A DNA stretch of 64,000 nucleotides from Octopus vulgaris (taxonomy: Eukaryota): NCBI GenBank assembly GCA_951406725.2, contig OX597823.1, forward strand, positions 58,032,001 to 58,096,000, written 5' to 3'. The stretch's first letter is position 1. The number at the start of each line of letters is the position of its first letter. A program made the translations under genes and the position numbers. Below the pieces are notes generated by a model. The model had not been told where the DNA came from and did no database searches. It worked only from the letters and a program-made list of their open reading frames with translations. This document shows, one piece after another, positions 40,150 through 53,123 of the stretch.

Positions 40150-40235
<86 letters not shown>

Positions 40236-40339
40236 ACGACGGGCTTCTTTCAGTTTCTGTGTACTAAATCCACTTGCCGAAGGTGCCACGCAGTGGGAAC
40301 GAACTCGGAACCATGTAGTTGTGAAGCAAGCTTCTTACC
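39930..40339 (-). mobile_element. SINE family B with expanded internal (TA)n
   Basis: accacacagcctctcctgcgcct head (reverse complement); tail gcaccgccttt. Confidence 0.9.
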
Positions 40340-40889
40340 ACACAGCCTCTCCTGCGCCTGTATGTATATAATAGTAATATAATGGTTATCACCTTAGGAT
40401 TAACAGCTATAGGACAAACACTGCAGTGTTAATTCCTGGTTAGCAATCATCTACCATTAGGTAAATTTCGTCAAACTTTCAACTGGCAGATTTTGGGAGC
40501 GATCTTTGAGGAGTCAACAATGAGAAACGAATAGTTTCGTTTCGACTGTCGCTTATAACAATATTTGTTTTCAGCAGAACTTATTTAGTCTTATTTGACC
40601 TTATATTTTAAAGTTTGAAAGTCTAGTAAAAGAACCAATAATTTTTTGTTCTTTTGATAATTATTCGGCATTTAAGAGGATATGCATGATCTTTAGAGAT
40701 ACAACTATAACTAAAAGGATTTGTCATTCCACCTCATGGTTGCGGCGGACAAAATGGAAAAGGTGTTGTCCCGGTGGCTAGCGAGGGAGAGGCGTTGGAA
40801 CAGCCAATCCGACTCACGGGGTAACTATTGAAACTCTTATAATTTATACAAATAAATAACTTTGTTGATGGACACATAACTTTTTCCAC

Positions 40890-41222
40890 TTTAATAAATA
40901 GGCGTCTACTGCAACCATCGTCATTTTCAGAAGGAGAGAAGAGTAGAATTTGATAAATTGTTAAATTACAATGAAATCAATTGGTTCGATCCTCACCTCA
41001 TGCTACTGAAAAGAAACCTCGTGGGCCTAATTTTGCCACGTGAGTGGGTGGGCAAATAATTATTTCTTTTTTAATAAATAGGCTTTTATTACAACTATCG
41101 TCATTTTGGGAATGAGTGAAGAAGAGAACTTGATAAATTGTTAAATTACAATGAACTCATTTGGTTCGACCTTCATCCCATGCCGTTGAATAGAAGCCTC
41201 GTGGGCCTTATTTTGCAACGAG
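40890..41222. repeat. Diverged tandem duplication, period ~180 bp
   Basis: ttaataaataggc..ttgataaattgttaaattacaatgaa..cctcgtgggcct occurs twice. Confidence 0.9.
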
Positions 41223-41790
41223 GCTAAGTACGTATTTATGTGGAAATGTATATATTTAGTTATTCATTCATAACCTACTCTGGTAATAAAAGTAGATTAG
41301 GTTTCACTTGACGGATGAATGATTGCTGTCTCAAAGTAGATGTCACACAAATCTAAAATAATTGGGTTTCTCTTGCAAAAACGTGATGAATTTGTCATCA
41401 AAATCATGTTTTTGTGACACAAACATTGCTATTTCTCATGGGGTCCAAACCGTTCGTGTTGTATTATATAAACAGATGACCTTTAAGCAACAGATCAGCG
41501 GATCAATCACTCATACACCGCCCTATGAGACATGCGAAAAATACACCTACCACCAAATAAATTCGTCACTCTTCATTAAATGGTGTTCTCTGTTAAATAT
41601 TACCACTTACATAAATTACTTTTCTAATTTACTCCTTCTCTGGATATCATTTAAAACACACGGACATAGTAAAACTCTTCACAACATTTTCCTCATGCTA
41701 CTTCTGCGATTTTTTTAATGTAAATTTGGATATCAGATTCGGTGCCGCTACTTTTTAATGGGTTGCTAAGAGGCTGTATTACCAAAGGGT

Positions 41791-42023
41791 AAGGCGGCGA
41801 GCTGGCAGAATCGTTAGCACGTCGGGCGAAATGCTTAGCGGTATTTCGGCTGCCATTACGTTGTGAGTTCAAATTCCGCCGAGGTCGACTTTGCCTTTCA
41901 TCCTTTCGGGGTCGATAAATTAAGTATCAGTTAAGCACTGGGGTCGATATAATCGACTTAATACCTATGTCTGTCCATGCTTGTCCCCTCTATGTTTAGC
42001 CCCTTGTGGGTAATAAAGAAATA
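41791..42023 (+). mobile_element. Young full-length SINE family A with 16-bp TSD
   Basis: TSD tgtattaccaaagggt at 41775-41790 and 42024-42039. Confidence 0.95.
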
Positions 42024-42099
42024 TGTATTACCAAAGGGTGCGCTATTTGTCAATGAATTTTTTAGTGGGTGAGTTATTTCTTTTTGTATTTTTTCCGCA

Positions 42100-42500
42100 T
42101 GCATGACTGTATTATTGAGAAGCTTGCTTCCAAACCAAGTGGTTTGGGGTTCAATTCTATTTTGTGACACCTTGGGTGAGTGTCCGCTGCTATTACTTTG
42201 GGCCAAACCATAGCCATGAGAGTGGATTTGGAAGACGGAAACTAAAAAGAAGCCCATTGGGTATATATGTGTGCGTGCATATATATATTTGTATGTATGT
42301 ATATATGTGTGTGTGTGAGAGAGCGAGAGTCTTTGTGTTTGTGTGGTGATTGATTTCTCATCAACGCTTTTCGACCGGTGTTGGTTAGTTAGATGTTCGA
42401 TAAAATAGACCTATAGGATAGGTACTGTTATCGATTTATTCGAATAGACATTTCAAGCTGGTGTCCCAGTATGGCCGTAGTCCAATGATTTTAAAAAGAT
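42100..42500 (+). mobile_element. SINE family B, diverged
   Basis: agaagcttgcttccaaacc..gagtggatttggaagacggaaact..cccagtatggccgtagtccaatg. Confidence 0.8.
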
Positions 42501-43757
42501 AGCCCTTTAAATTAACTTATGTTACTCTTTTTTTTTTGTTTTGGAACCAAGATTACTTTAATCGATATGTTCTGTGACCAGCTGTGACCATCTGGTTGTA
42601 TTTTCAGACATAGTATATCTAGGACGATATTATTCTATGTACCCTGGTTTGTTTAAGACGGTGGAGTACGAGTTAAGAAAAATTTTGACTGCTATTTCTA
42701 GCAGGCTAAATGATTCCTCCATGTGGGATCTGTCTTATCTGGTGAGGAGTAAGCTGGTTATGCATGTGTAGTGTCAATGGACAGTATGTTGCTTCTGTTG
42801 TTATCGACATTGTTTAGTCTATAATTAGCTATTCTAGCCGTGACCATTCTATCTGTTCTTTTAAGCATAGTTTACTTAAAGCTACATTCGCTGACATCTC
42901 ATTTCTCTTTTAAACTAACAGGGAGGAGAGCATGCTGCACTTTGGCACAGAGTGTGCCGCACTTTCTGGCAGGTAGAGCAGTCAGTCATCAAGAGATAAT
43001 CACGTTCGCTCCTTGTGGCAATTTTTGTTTTCCTCAAGGATTTATATAAATTATTATTATGTTCTTATTGGCTTCCAATAAATAAATAAAGTGTGTATAA
43101 TTAAGTGAGTGTAATGACAGCTAACTAATTTGAATTTATTCTGATTCAAGATATTTTATAAATCCGAAGCCAATTCGTCTTAATTATTAATGGTTCAACA
43201 ACTCCTTTTTTTTAATTCTTTACAAAATTATTTTAATTATTTCCCACACACCATAGTGGAAATTTGAATAAAACACTATTGAACAATATTCATGGAAAAA
43301 TTCTTCCAATAAAACATTGTTTTAACTCAAAATCGAAATGTTTATTGTTCAGTTTCAAGTTAGCATGAAATGAGCTGTTGCCACACCATTCTTTTGTATA
43401 ACCGATGATGCATTCTTGTTAGTGTCCTTTCTCTTTTAAAACGGGTGTAATTTAAGGCAGTGATTTTGTCTTCGTTTTGGAACATCATGCTACAAATGTA
43501 GAGGTTTCCTTATTGGCTCATTACCCTACGTTATCTGAAACCTAAAAAGCAGAAAACTAATCACAGATGATTCTTAACTATAGTGAGAGATCTGGGCATG
43601 TCTTTAAACTGCATCGATTTCTGTCGGTTGTACAACAAAACAATAAAACAAAAGATTTAATGGGCACAGATATGACGTCAGGCACAATAAAAGTAGTTCG
43701 ACAGAACTTGCCGAACATTTTGTTCCAAACAGCTTCAATTCTGAAAAAGACTTTGAT

Positions 43758-44695
43758 ACTCTTTACTCTCTCTTTTACTTGTTTCAGTCATTTGACTGCG
43801 GCCATGCTGGAGCACCGCCTTTAGTCGAGCAAATCGACCCCGGGACTTATTCTATTGTAAGCCCAGTACTTATTCTATCAGTCTCTTTTGCCGAACCGCT
43901 AAGGTACTTAATTTATCGACCCCGAAGAATGAAAGGCAAAGTCGTCCTCAGCGGGATCTGAACTATGAACGTGAACACGGACGAAATGCTGCTAAGCATT
44001 TAATTCAGCATGTTAACGATTCTGCCAGCCCACCGCCTTCAGACTAATGTAATAATGACTGCAAATTTGGGTACAATTCCAGGAACATCGGGGGAGGGGT
44101 AAGTCGATTATATGGACCAGAATGCTCAAATAGTATTTATTTTATTGACGTCTCAAGAATGAAAGATAAAGGTGACCTTGGTAGAATTTGAACTGACAAC
44201 GTTAAGACAAAGTGCTGCTAAATATTTTGTCCGGTATACTAATGATTCTGCCAGCTTGCCGTCTTAAGTACTAATGCAATAATGTTCCTACATGGTAGAA
44301 TCATTAGCGAGTCGGACAAAGTGCTTGTCGGTGCATTACATTCTGGGTTCAAATTCCGCCGAGTTCGGCTTTGCTTTACATCCTGTCGAAGTCGACAAAA
44401 TTAGTATCTGTTGAACACTGGCGTTGATGTGTGTGTTTTTCTGTGTTTATGTGTGAGCGTGCTTGCGTTTCTTTATGCCTATGCTTGTTCCCCACTGCAG
44501 TCTGACAACTGGTATTGGTGTGTTTATGTAACCTATCGGTTCGACAAAAGAAACCGATAGATTAAGCACCAGGCTTAAAAACAAAACAAGACAAAAAATA
44601 AGTACGAAGATCAATTCGTTCAACTAAAACCCTTCGAGGCGGTGCCCAAGCATGGCTGCAGTCTAATGACTGAAACATGTAAAAGACAAAGATAA
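43758..44695. mobile_element. SINE cluster B(-) A(-) A(-) A(+) B(+)
   Basis: B- 43758-43902, A- 43903-44039, A- 44058-44266, A+ 44293-44430, B+ 44480-44695. Confidence 0.85.
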
Positions 44696-45099
44696 ATTCT
44701 GCTGTATTTTTGGTACAGTAATTATGCCAATAACAAACAAACGCACTGATTCAATTCAATTATTAATTATTAATCAGCAGGCTCGTTATTTATCTAACTA
44801 ATTAACCGATTGCTTGCTTAACCACTTATCTAACAAATCAATCAGTCAATTAATCAATCACATATTGTTATAAAAAAAATACCACGTGCAAAATCTAAAA
44901 GCCTCAAAAATTTTCCGGGTTTAAACTTTTGTCTTTGTCTCTTGATTGCAACATGTAATAAGGTCATGTGATTTTCTCACGTGTAAGAAATTTTGCAGTT
45001 TTGTATGTTGTACTATTTGCACGCAACTCAGCGAATTTACTTGAGATCAGCAATCCTCTTCTTTTTCACTGACTCTCTTCAAAACGTCGCATTTATTGA

Positions 45100-45620
<521 letters not shown>

Positions 45621-45715
45621 CACCATTTCTTCCCTCTTTTTTCCACACAATATGACCTGATTAGTCTCTTAGCCTTTTGAATAAAATACACACTCCCACA
45701 TTGGCGCGCAGACAC

Positions 45716-45747
<32 letters not shown>

Positions 45748-45921
45748 TCATATGACACGCAACAAATGCAGTAAGCATACATACGCGAGCACACGACCAT
45801 ACAAAAACGGAGTCATGCATACATACTGACATACACTCTGTTACTCAAATGCATACACGCACATATACAATTGAACCCCTGGTCACACACACACACTGAT
45901 ATGTATTCATATATACATCCA

Positions 45922-45959
<38 letters not shown>

Positions 45960-46939
45960 CATGCATATATATATATATATATATATATATGTCTGTGTGT
46001 ATATGTATGCATTTTGTATGTATATGTGCATGCATTTATGTATGTATGTATGTATGTATGGATGTATACAATTATGTGTGATTGTATGAATCTATGGATG
46101 CATGTATTCCTGCACAAACATCGAACAGAAACACAGTCTCTTAAGCACAGTGAAATAATAAGACGTGAATAAAAAAAATTGCGGTCGAAGTAAAATGACG
46201 GAAAGGAAAGTTACGCGACAACGTTGTGTTTATTTATTTTTATTTATTTGTCTATTGATTACAAGAGAAAGAAAGAGAGAGACACTTGTTACTGTATTAG
46301 CCTTAACAATTCCAAGAAAAGATACAAAACAGCAACGCCGAATACATGTAGACGCCATTAGATACAATTCATGAATGAAGCAGTTTGCCGTTACATATCT
46401 GTAAAGTATTCTATATTTCCCATGCATAATTCATTTCCATACACATTAATTTAATTACAAGCCATCATTCATCCCCCCCCGACGAATAACCCTAACGTCT
46501 CAGCCATTTCTGTATTGCAATTTTTATTTTATTTTTAGTTTTGTTTTCATTGTTGTTGTTGTTGTTGTTGAAGATGGAGGCGATGGTGATGGTAAATGAT
46601 TTTTTTTTTTTTTTTTTTTTTTCCTTTTGTTTTCGTCTTTCTGCCTGTTGAAATTGTTCATAAATGACTTAATCTCTATTCACCAAGGAAGAAACACAAC
46701 TGCTTCAATTTCCAGCTCATCGCTGAGACGACAGCTAACAAAAATAAACAAACACAAACACCAACTTCAACACCAACGCCAATACCAACACCAACACCAC
46801 TACCACCTCTAACCCCCAACACATCCCCAAACCACTGTTTCACACTCCAACCTACACGAAAATTATCAGGTATGCTTTATTTAATCAGACAATTTTTTCT
46901 GTCTATTTAAGCCGGGGTCTTTGGCTGTTATAAATAATT

Positions 46940-46968
46940 TATTGTTATTGTTGTTGTTACTATTATTA

Positions 46969-47026
<58 letters not shown>

Positions 47027-47052
47027 CATCATCATTATTATTATTATTATTA

Positions 47053-47092
<40 letters not shown>

Positions 47093-47105
47093 TATTATTA
47101 TTACT
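46940..47105. repeat. (TTA)n microsatellite
   Basis: Direct. Confidence 0.95.
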
Positions 47106-47186
47106 GTTCCACCATTCTTGTTGTCATTTTATCGTAATTAATTATTATTGCTGTTGTTGTTGATGTTGTTTTAGTTGTTATTATTA

Positions 47187-47385
47187 TGGTAGAATCGCCA
47201 GCACGTCGGAAAAAGTGTTTAGCGACATTTCGTCGGCCTTAATGTTCTGAGTTCAAATGCCACCAAGGTAGATTTTATCTTTCATCCTTTAGGAGTAAAA
47301 AAAAAAAATTAGCATCAGTTTGAACACTGGGGTCAATCTGATTGACCAGCCCTTTCAGCTAAATTTCAGGACTTGTACAAACTGT
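47187..47385 (+). mobile_element. SINE family A, decayed
   Basis: tggtagaatcgccagcacgtcgg..ctgagttcaaatgcc..ttcatcctttagg. Confidence 0.75.
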
Positions 47386-47489
47386 AAAAGGCGGCGGCGG
47401 CATCATCATAATAATAATAATAATAATAAAGCTATGACGCTACTTTTTCTAACAGGGATGTTGGTCTGTGTTTGGTGAGTACAAGTTTC

Positions 47490-47560
47490 ATTAAATTTCA
47501 AGAACCTGTCTTAGGATTCTTGCAAAAGATACGATAGCACTTTTTTCGAAGGCCCTCAAC
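47490..47560 (-). mobile_element. R4/Dong-type LINE extreme C-terminus fragment
   Basis: Minus strand KSAIVSFARILRQVLEI* resembles QKSALLGTARILRKVL. Confidence 0.6.
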
Positions 47561-47939
47561 GAGTGTCACAATTCTAATACATTTGTAAAGGTAACTGGTT
47601 GCTTCTTTACACTTTTGGGGTGCAACTTGGGTGCAACACAATTTCCTTTCTTTTTGTTTCTAGAAACTACCAGTCAGGAACGAAAAGCAAGTTTAAAAAT
47701 ATATAATTCTTTATTCTCTTATTCAACTATGAAACACGGTGGTATACTGGTATCCATTCTTACAATAATTCAGCAGCAATAGATAGGTTAAATCCCAAGC
47801 GTCTGGGACAGGAGAATAGGTTGATCACACGTATGAAAATACGTCCTTTCTCTTCGATCGCCGTGCCTCAAGTCCCCGAATGCTATTAAGGAACGCTATG
47901 GAATTTATTCTTCAGTCTCTAGCGCATGTGCATGATGGA

Positions 47940-49330
47940 ACTTCCTTACGACTTTCCAGAAGGTTCTAGAAGATTCCAATCCCGCACACGCACACTGAAG
48001 AAGGACGTTCCGCACACGCACGCTGAAGAATGACGTTGCATGTGCGCACACTGGAATATGACGTCACTACACATTTCAGCTCCTTAGATAATAGGATGGT
48101 TGCCATGCAAAGTGCACCACTTACCGTAGGAAAACCTTTCAATTTTACCCTCCATAATCTATTCCTCTCTTTGACCAGGTCCTGATATTTCATTGTTTTC
48201 TCAATTTCTTGATGTCTACTGCATTATCATATGCTAATGCAAAGGCCATCACATATTTGGGGTTTATTTTTCTCCTATCCAACCATATCTGCTCTTGTTA
48301 CTTCAGTAGCATAGTCAATCTCCACAAGAGTCTCTGGTTTCAGTTCATTTCGCTTTTCTGTCACTTGAATTCCAACATTTATTTAACAATGTAATGTACT
48401 CCTTTTACCGACACAGTTAAGCCTGTACATATACTGCTTTTGTGCTAAGTTACTGTATTCACTTAAAAGATGGTTAATACTTTCGACAAGGTTTCCCCAC
48501 ATTTTGCCTTTCCTCTCTGACTGAGTTTTCTCAATATCAAATTCGTTTTAAGGACTTATTCCCTTCCTGAGTAACTATAATTAGCTATTTAATTTTCTCA
48601 TTTCAGGCTTCCAGCCAGCGTTCAAACATCCTTGGTTTGTTGCATGGGTTTGTTTCATGAGTCCTTCTTTTTGCAGCTTTTGTCCTGTCGTTCTTACTTC
48701 CCTTCTGGAATTCTTCCATTGTTTCAGGAACTCTTTGGATATTCCTAATCACAGAGAGTATTCGTTTTTCACAACGCACAACAGAGTTCTTCACCATCGC
48801 AGTACTAATGGTGTCTTCAACTTTTAACAAGTCTCTGCGTCTTTCCCTTCTAGATAGGTAGAGAACCTGGATACTAATTTTAGGCTGGCTTGCGTTACGC
48901 ATTGTGAGCAGTTCGTGTAGCTGTGGTTTTGTCCAGTTTAGAAGAGTCTCAGATTATCTCAACACTGTCATGGCTTACATATTCATGGCCTTGATGTTAT
49001 TGCGTCCAGTCAGATATGTTTTAAGCACTTCCCCAATCTTGTTTTTATACTAATTGAAGATTCTATTGTTCATTTCTCTTTTCAATATTCTATCGTCCTG
49101 CAGCACTTCAAGTCCTTGTATTCCCTATTATTTCTCAGCAATATAACGATACCATCGTGTGGAAACTTAATACCTTCAGATTTAATTTTTCAGTCTCTCT
49201 TTCTAATTTACATTGCAAGTTTATGCATCACAAACTGCTTACCGATATCCTTGTTAAGTCTAAGACTGTCTAAGACCCTCAAAGTGGATGAAAACTGCAT
49301 TGAAGTGTGTCTTTTTAAAAGTTCATACGC
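47940..49330 (-). mobile_element. Decayed R4/Dong-clade non-LTR retrotransposon (RT thumb to REL endonuclease)
   Basis: Remnants YKDLKCCRT (YKYLG region), QPKISIQVLYLSRRERRRDLLKVED (HPK..RLYL.R..GGRGL), and KYQDLVKERNRLWRVKLKGFPTVSGAL. Confidence 0.82.
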
Positions 49331-50602
49331 TTAAAAAAAAACATTTTTGAATTCGGCTGCGTATCCTTAGAGAACTCATGCAAAAGAATGAGATTTGTAT
49401 TTTAGACAAATTAATATTTTTTATCAGTATCCAAGGATGCAGTGTATGGGGATCGATATGTTAAAGAATAGATCCATCGTTTCCACTGCATGTCGTAAAA
49501 GGCGACTAAAACAGGTTGAGGTAGGATTTCAACCCGACCTCGTAAGACTCTCACCAGCAACGATACCCCAACCCCACCAAAAAAACAAAAAAAAACAGAC
49601 TGATGCGTTGCAGGGTTGTCACCTGTGTGGTACAAAGGTATCGTCTGACAAAAATATGGATTCCACATCAAATGGTGGATGCAACGCATAAGCCCATACA
49701 ACTATTGTTAACACAAGGGTAGCTTAGTAAATGGCAGCCGTATCTCTCTCCCAAAGAAACATTACCACGCTTCTAATGGGCAGAACTATGAAGTAAAATA
49801 TTATCCTGTCAATGTTACAAACAATAGCAGCAGCAGTAGCAGCCGATCAAGAATTTGGACCTGGAGATCTCCATTTCCAGCGACTTCGATGGCCACCTCC
49901 TAGTGGTGTCGAGATTCAACGAAGACCCCTCGACTACAACAAGACGACCAAGGTTTTTTTCTTTTTTTTTCCAAGGTCTGGGGTCTCCAGCCCCTAAGCC
50001 CTAGATCATCACCTAATCACCCTTACCCGTCTTGTTGCTTAACAATAACAACAACAGCAGCAGTAGCAACATCACTAACAACAACAACAACAACAACCTC
50101 GTCCACATAGGCATACACAAATTTTCAAGTTAAGCAAAAAAGCATACCTGCAGTTTCATCTGTTTTCCCAGATTAAAAAAAAAAGCAATTTTCATAAACA
50201 ACTTAATTTCTGTTGGACAGGAAAATGAAGATAATCACTATAATAATGTAGCTTTGCACTCAAATTAGTTTGACTAATATATTAATAACAGAGTTATTTT
50301 TGTGTTTTTCAGTAACGCATAATTTTTATGTGCGTTTTTCCCCTCGCTTTTTACTTTTGTTTTCTCATAGACCGGCGTCGTGGGTTTGAAATAGGTCTAA
50401 CGCTATGTTCTGAAGCTTAAATATCACTTTGAGACACATGGCAGGTTATGTATATCTGTCAAATTATTGTATCTCAACAGCATGAAACTATTAGAAGCAC
50501 CTTTGTGTACATTGAACGATATTTATATCTCACTCCATTGAGTACTATTTTGGTTCATCCTACCTATAACAGAACAATAAACTACACACACACATGTATA
50601 TG

Positions 50603-50650
<48 letters not shown>

Positions 50651-50741
50651 TGTGCGTGTGTGTGTGTGTGTGCGTGTGTTTGTGTACGTATGTACGTGTA
50701 ACAAAGTGAATTTGGGGGGTACCGCACGAGTAAAAATATAA

Positions 50742-50882
50742 GGAAAAGAATCTGACAATGTAGGAGTCTTTTAAAAGTATTTATTAACCTAACCGGTTTG
50801 ACTTATTTAAGACTCTTTTTAAATAAGTGAAACCGGTTAAGTTAAATACTTTTAAAAGACTCCTGCAATTTTATATTCTTTT

Positions 50883-50884
<2 letters not shown>
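50742..50884. repeat. Palindrome with ~70-bp arms, probably Penelope-derived
   Basis: ggaaaagaat..taggagtcttttaaaagtattta..aaccggttt..ttatttaa pairs with ttaaataagtgaaaccggtt..tacttttaaaagactcctg..attcttttcc. Confidence 0.85.
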
Positions 50885-50934
<50 letters not shown>

Positions 50935-51150
50935 AGAGAGAGAGAGGGGGGAGATAAGTTGATAGATACATAGATAAAAATAGTAGCATCCGGTTCATAG
51001 GGGTTAACCACGGTTTGGCGTCCATAAAGCACTTAGCTTTGCACACATCTACTCAGACCCTATGAAACGACCCTAGCTGTCTTTATCTAAATAATCTACT
51101 GATCTACAACGTAGATTGTTCTTCTTTTTCGGAGTTAAGATTTAATGAGG

Positions 51151-51195
<45 letters not shown>

Positions 51196-51413
51196 TGTAT
51201 GCATGTATGTATGTATATGTGTGTGTATGTATGTATAAATATGTATGTATGTGTTTTTACTATGAGCACATGGCCTTAAATATATATATAGACGTGACTA
51301 CCCTTGATCCGTTGGGTCACCGGAAAACACTGAGTTTCTCAGCAGCGGAGTTTTGTTTCTTTTTGTTTTTTTAGCGAAATCACCCGTAAACGACTCCTTT
51401 CCCCCAGAAAAGG

Positions 51414-51532
51414 AAAGATTTGTCTGCTATATTTTGCACGCTCTGCTACCATGTAATAGGTATTTCAGGTGCTTGATCGCAAATAGCTGTTACGTGGTAG
51501 CAGGGCGTGCTAGAAATAGCAGCCAAGTCTTT
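51414..51532 (+). repeat. 52-bp-arm hairpin from two inverted copies of an old repeat
   Basis: Arms 51414-51465 and 51481-51532; 43 Watson-Crick, 5 G-U and 4 mismatched positions on +. Confidence 0.85.
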
Positions 51533-51694
51533 GGAGGTGAGATACGTTGAATGCACTCGATTTGTATATAGCGCGAAATGCAAATAGAGATAAAAATATG
51601 AAGATGGGTAGTTACTGACAAATTTTTCAACTTTGTAAGGGTAATTTGCCCAACATTTCTGCTCTTCTAACGGTGTGTGTGCGTTCGAAAATCC

Positions 51695-51781
<87 letters not shown>

Positions 51782-51795
51782 ATCTATCTATCTAC
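51695..51795. repeat. (TCTA)n microsatellite
   Basis: Direct. Confidence 0.95.
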
Positions 51796-52016
51796 CTATA
51801 ACATATAATATACTGTATATATGTATATACATATCTATCTATATATATATGATTTTGATTTTGATTTTTCCAGTTTCAGCTAATGAGCTGTGGCCATGCT
51901 GGGGCACCGCCATTTGGTTTCCTACACGATTTTACCTCACGGATGCTTTTTAGCAAACGCCATCTGATGCATGAGAGAGTTCGATGCAGCTGCCCTCATC
52001 TGCACCTCCTGCCGTG

Positions 52017-52060
<44 letters not shown>

Positions 52061-52664
52061 CAAGTCATTTTCTGCGTCAATCTTGTTCTTTCATCTGCTT
52101 TATTAACACTTTAGACTGAAGTCGTGTATAACAATTTGTAATTAAAGATTTCCCTGCAAGTTCGATCCCAGCATCACCTGTCATTTTCTTTTTCTTTTCG
52201 CTTTTTTAACAATTGGAAGAAGGTAATGTTAGTTTAACTTAAGACATTTTTTGACAAGATTCAATGATAAAGCCATAAACAGTACCAAACTCCTTATCAA
52301 AGTCCTAATTCTTTTTTTTTTTTTATTTATTCGAATGTTCTGTCACAGTTCTTTTCCTCCTCTAGCACTTAGTTTGCAATTAGTCATGAATATAGGTTTG
52401 AGGTAAATCACAATTGTATATCTTCAATACATATTACATGCGAGGAACTGACAAGATCTCAAGTCAAGTAACAGACATTGATAGACTCTCCTACGATTAC
52501 AGAGGCTCTGCTATGTTATTTACTCAGCATAAAACTTACATTGAAATCCGTAATGATACAGTCTTCATTTAGATAGATGTCATTCTGCTAAATGGCTTTT
52601 TATGATTGACAGTGGTTGTGTTTATGTCCAGATGGTCATCACTGCCGTTATAATGATGGCATCT

Positions 52665-52703
<39 letters not shown>

Positions 52704-52738
52704 TTATGTATGTATACGTACACACATAAATATATATA

Positions 52739-52821
<83 letters not shown>

Positions 52822-53123
52822 GCACACGCGCGTGCACACATACACATGCACACCATCATCAAGAGCAGTAAAATATTTCTGGTTCTATTAACGATTGAAG
52901 AGCAAATGACTATTTAAAAGTACCAGAATTTATATTGATGCTAATCGTTAACATGTTTGAAAGTAAGCGATGTATACGGAAGGATTGGATCTTGCGGAAA
53001 ATTAACCAAAATACAGAATTTTTGATATTTTTAATCCTTATCACAATTTGTTCTTCCTTATGTCAAGTCTATAGAGCAGGCAGTGAGTATAACATTACTA
53101 CTAATGGTTGGTATTGGTATAAT

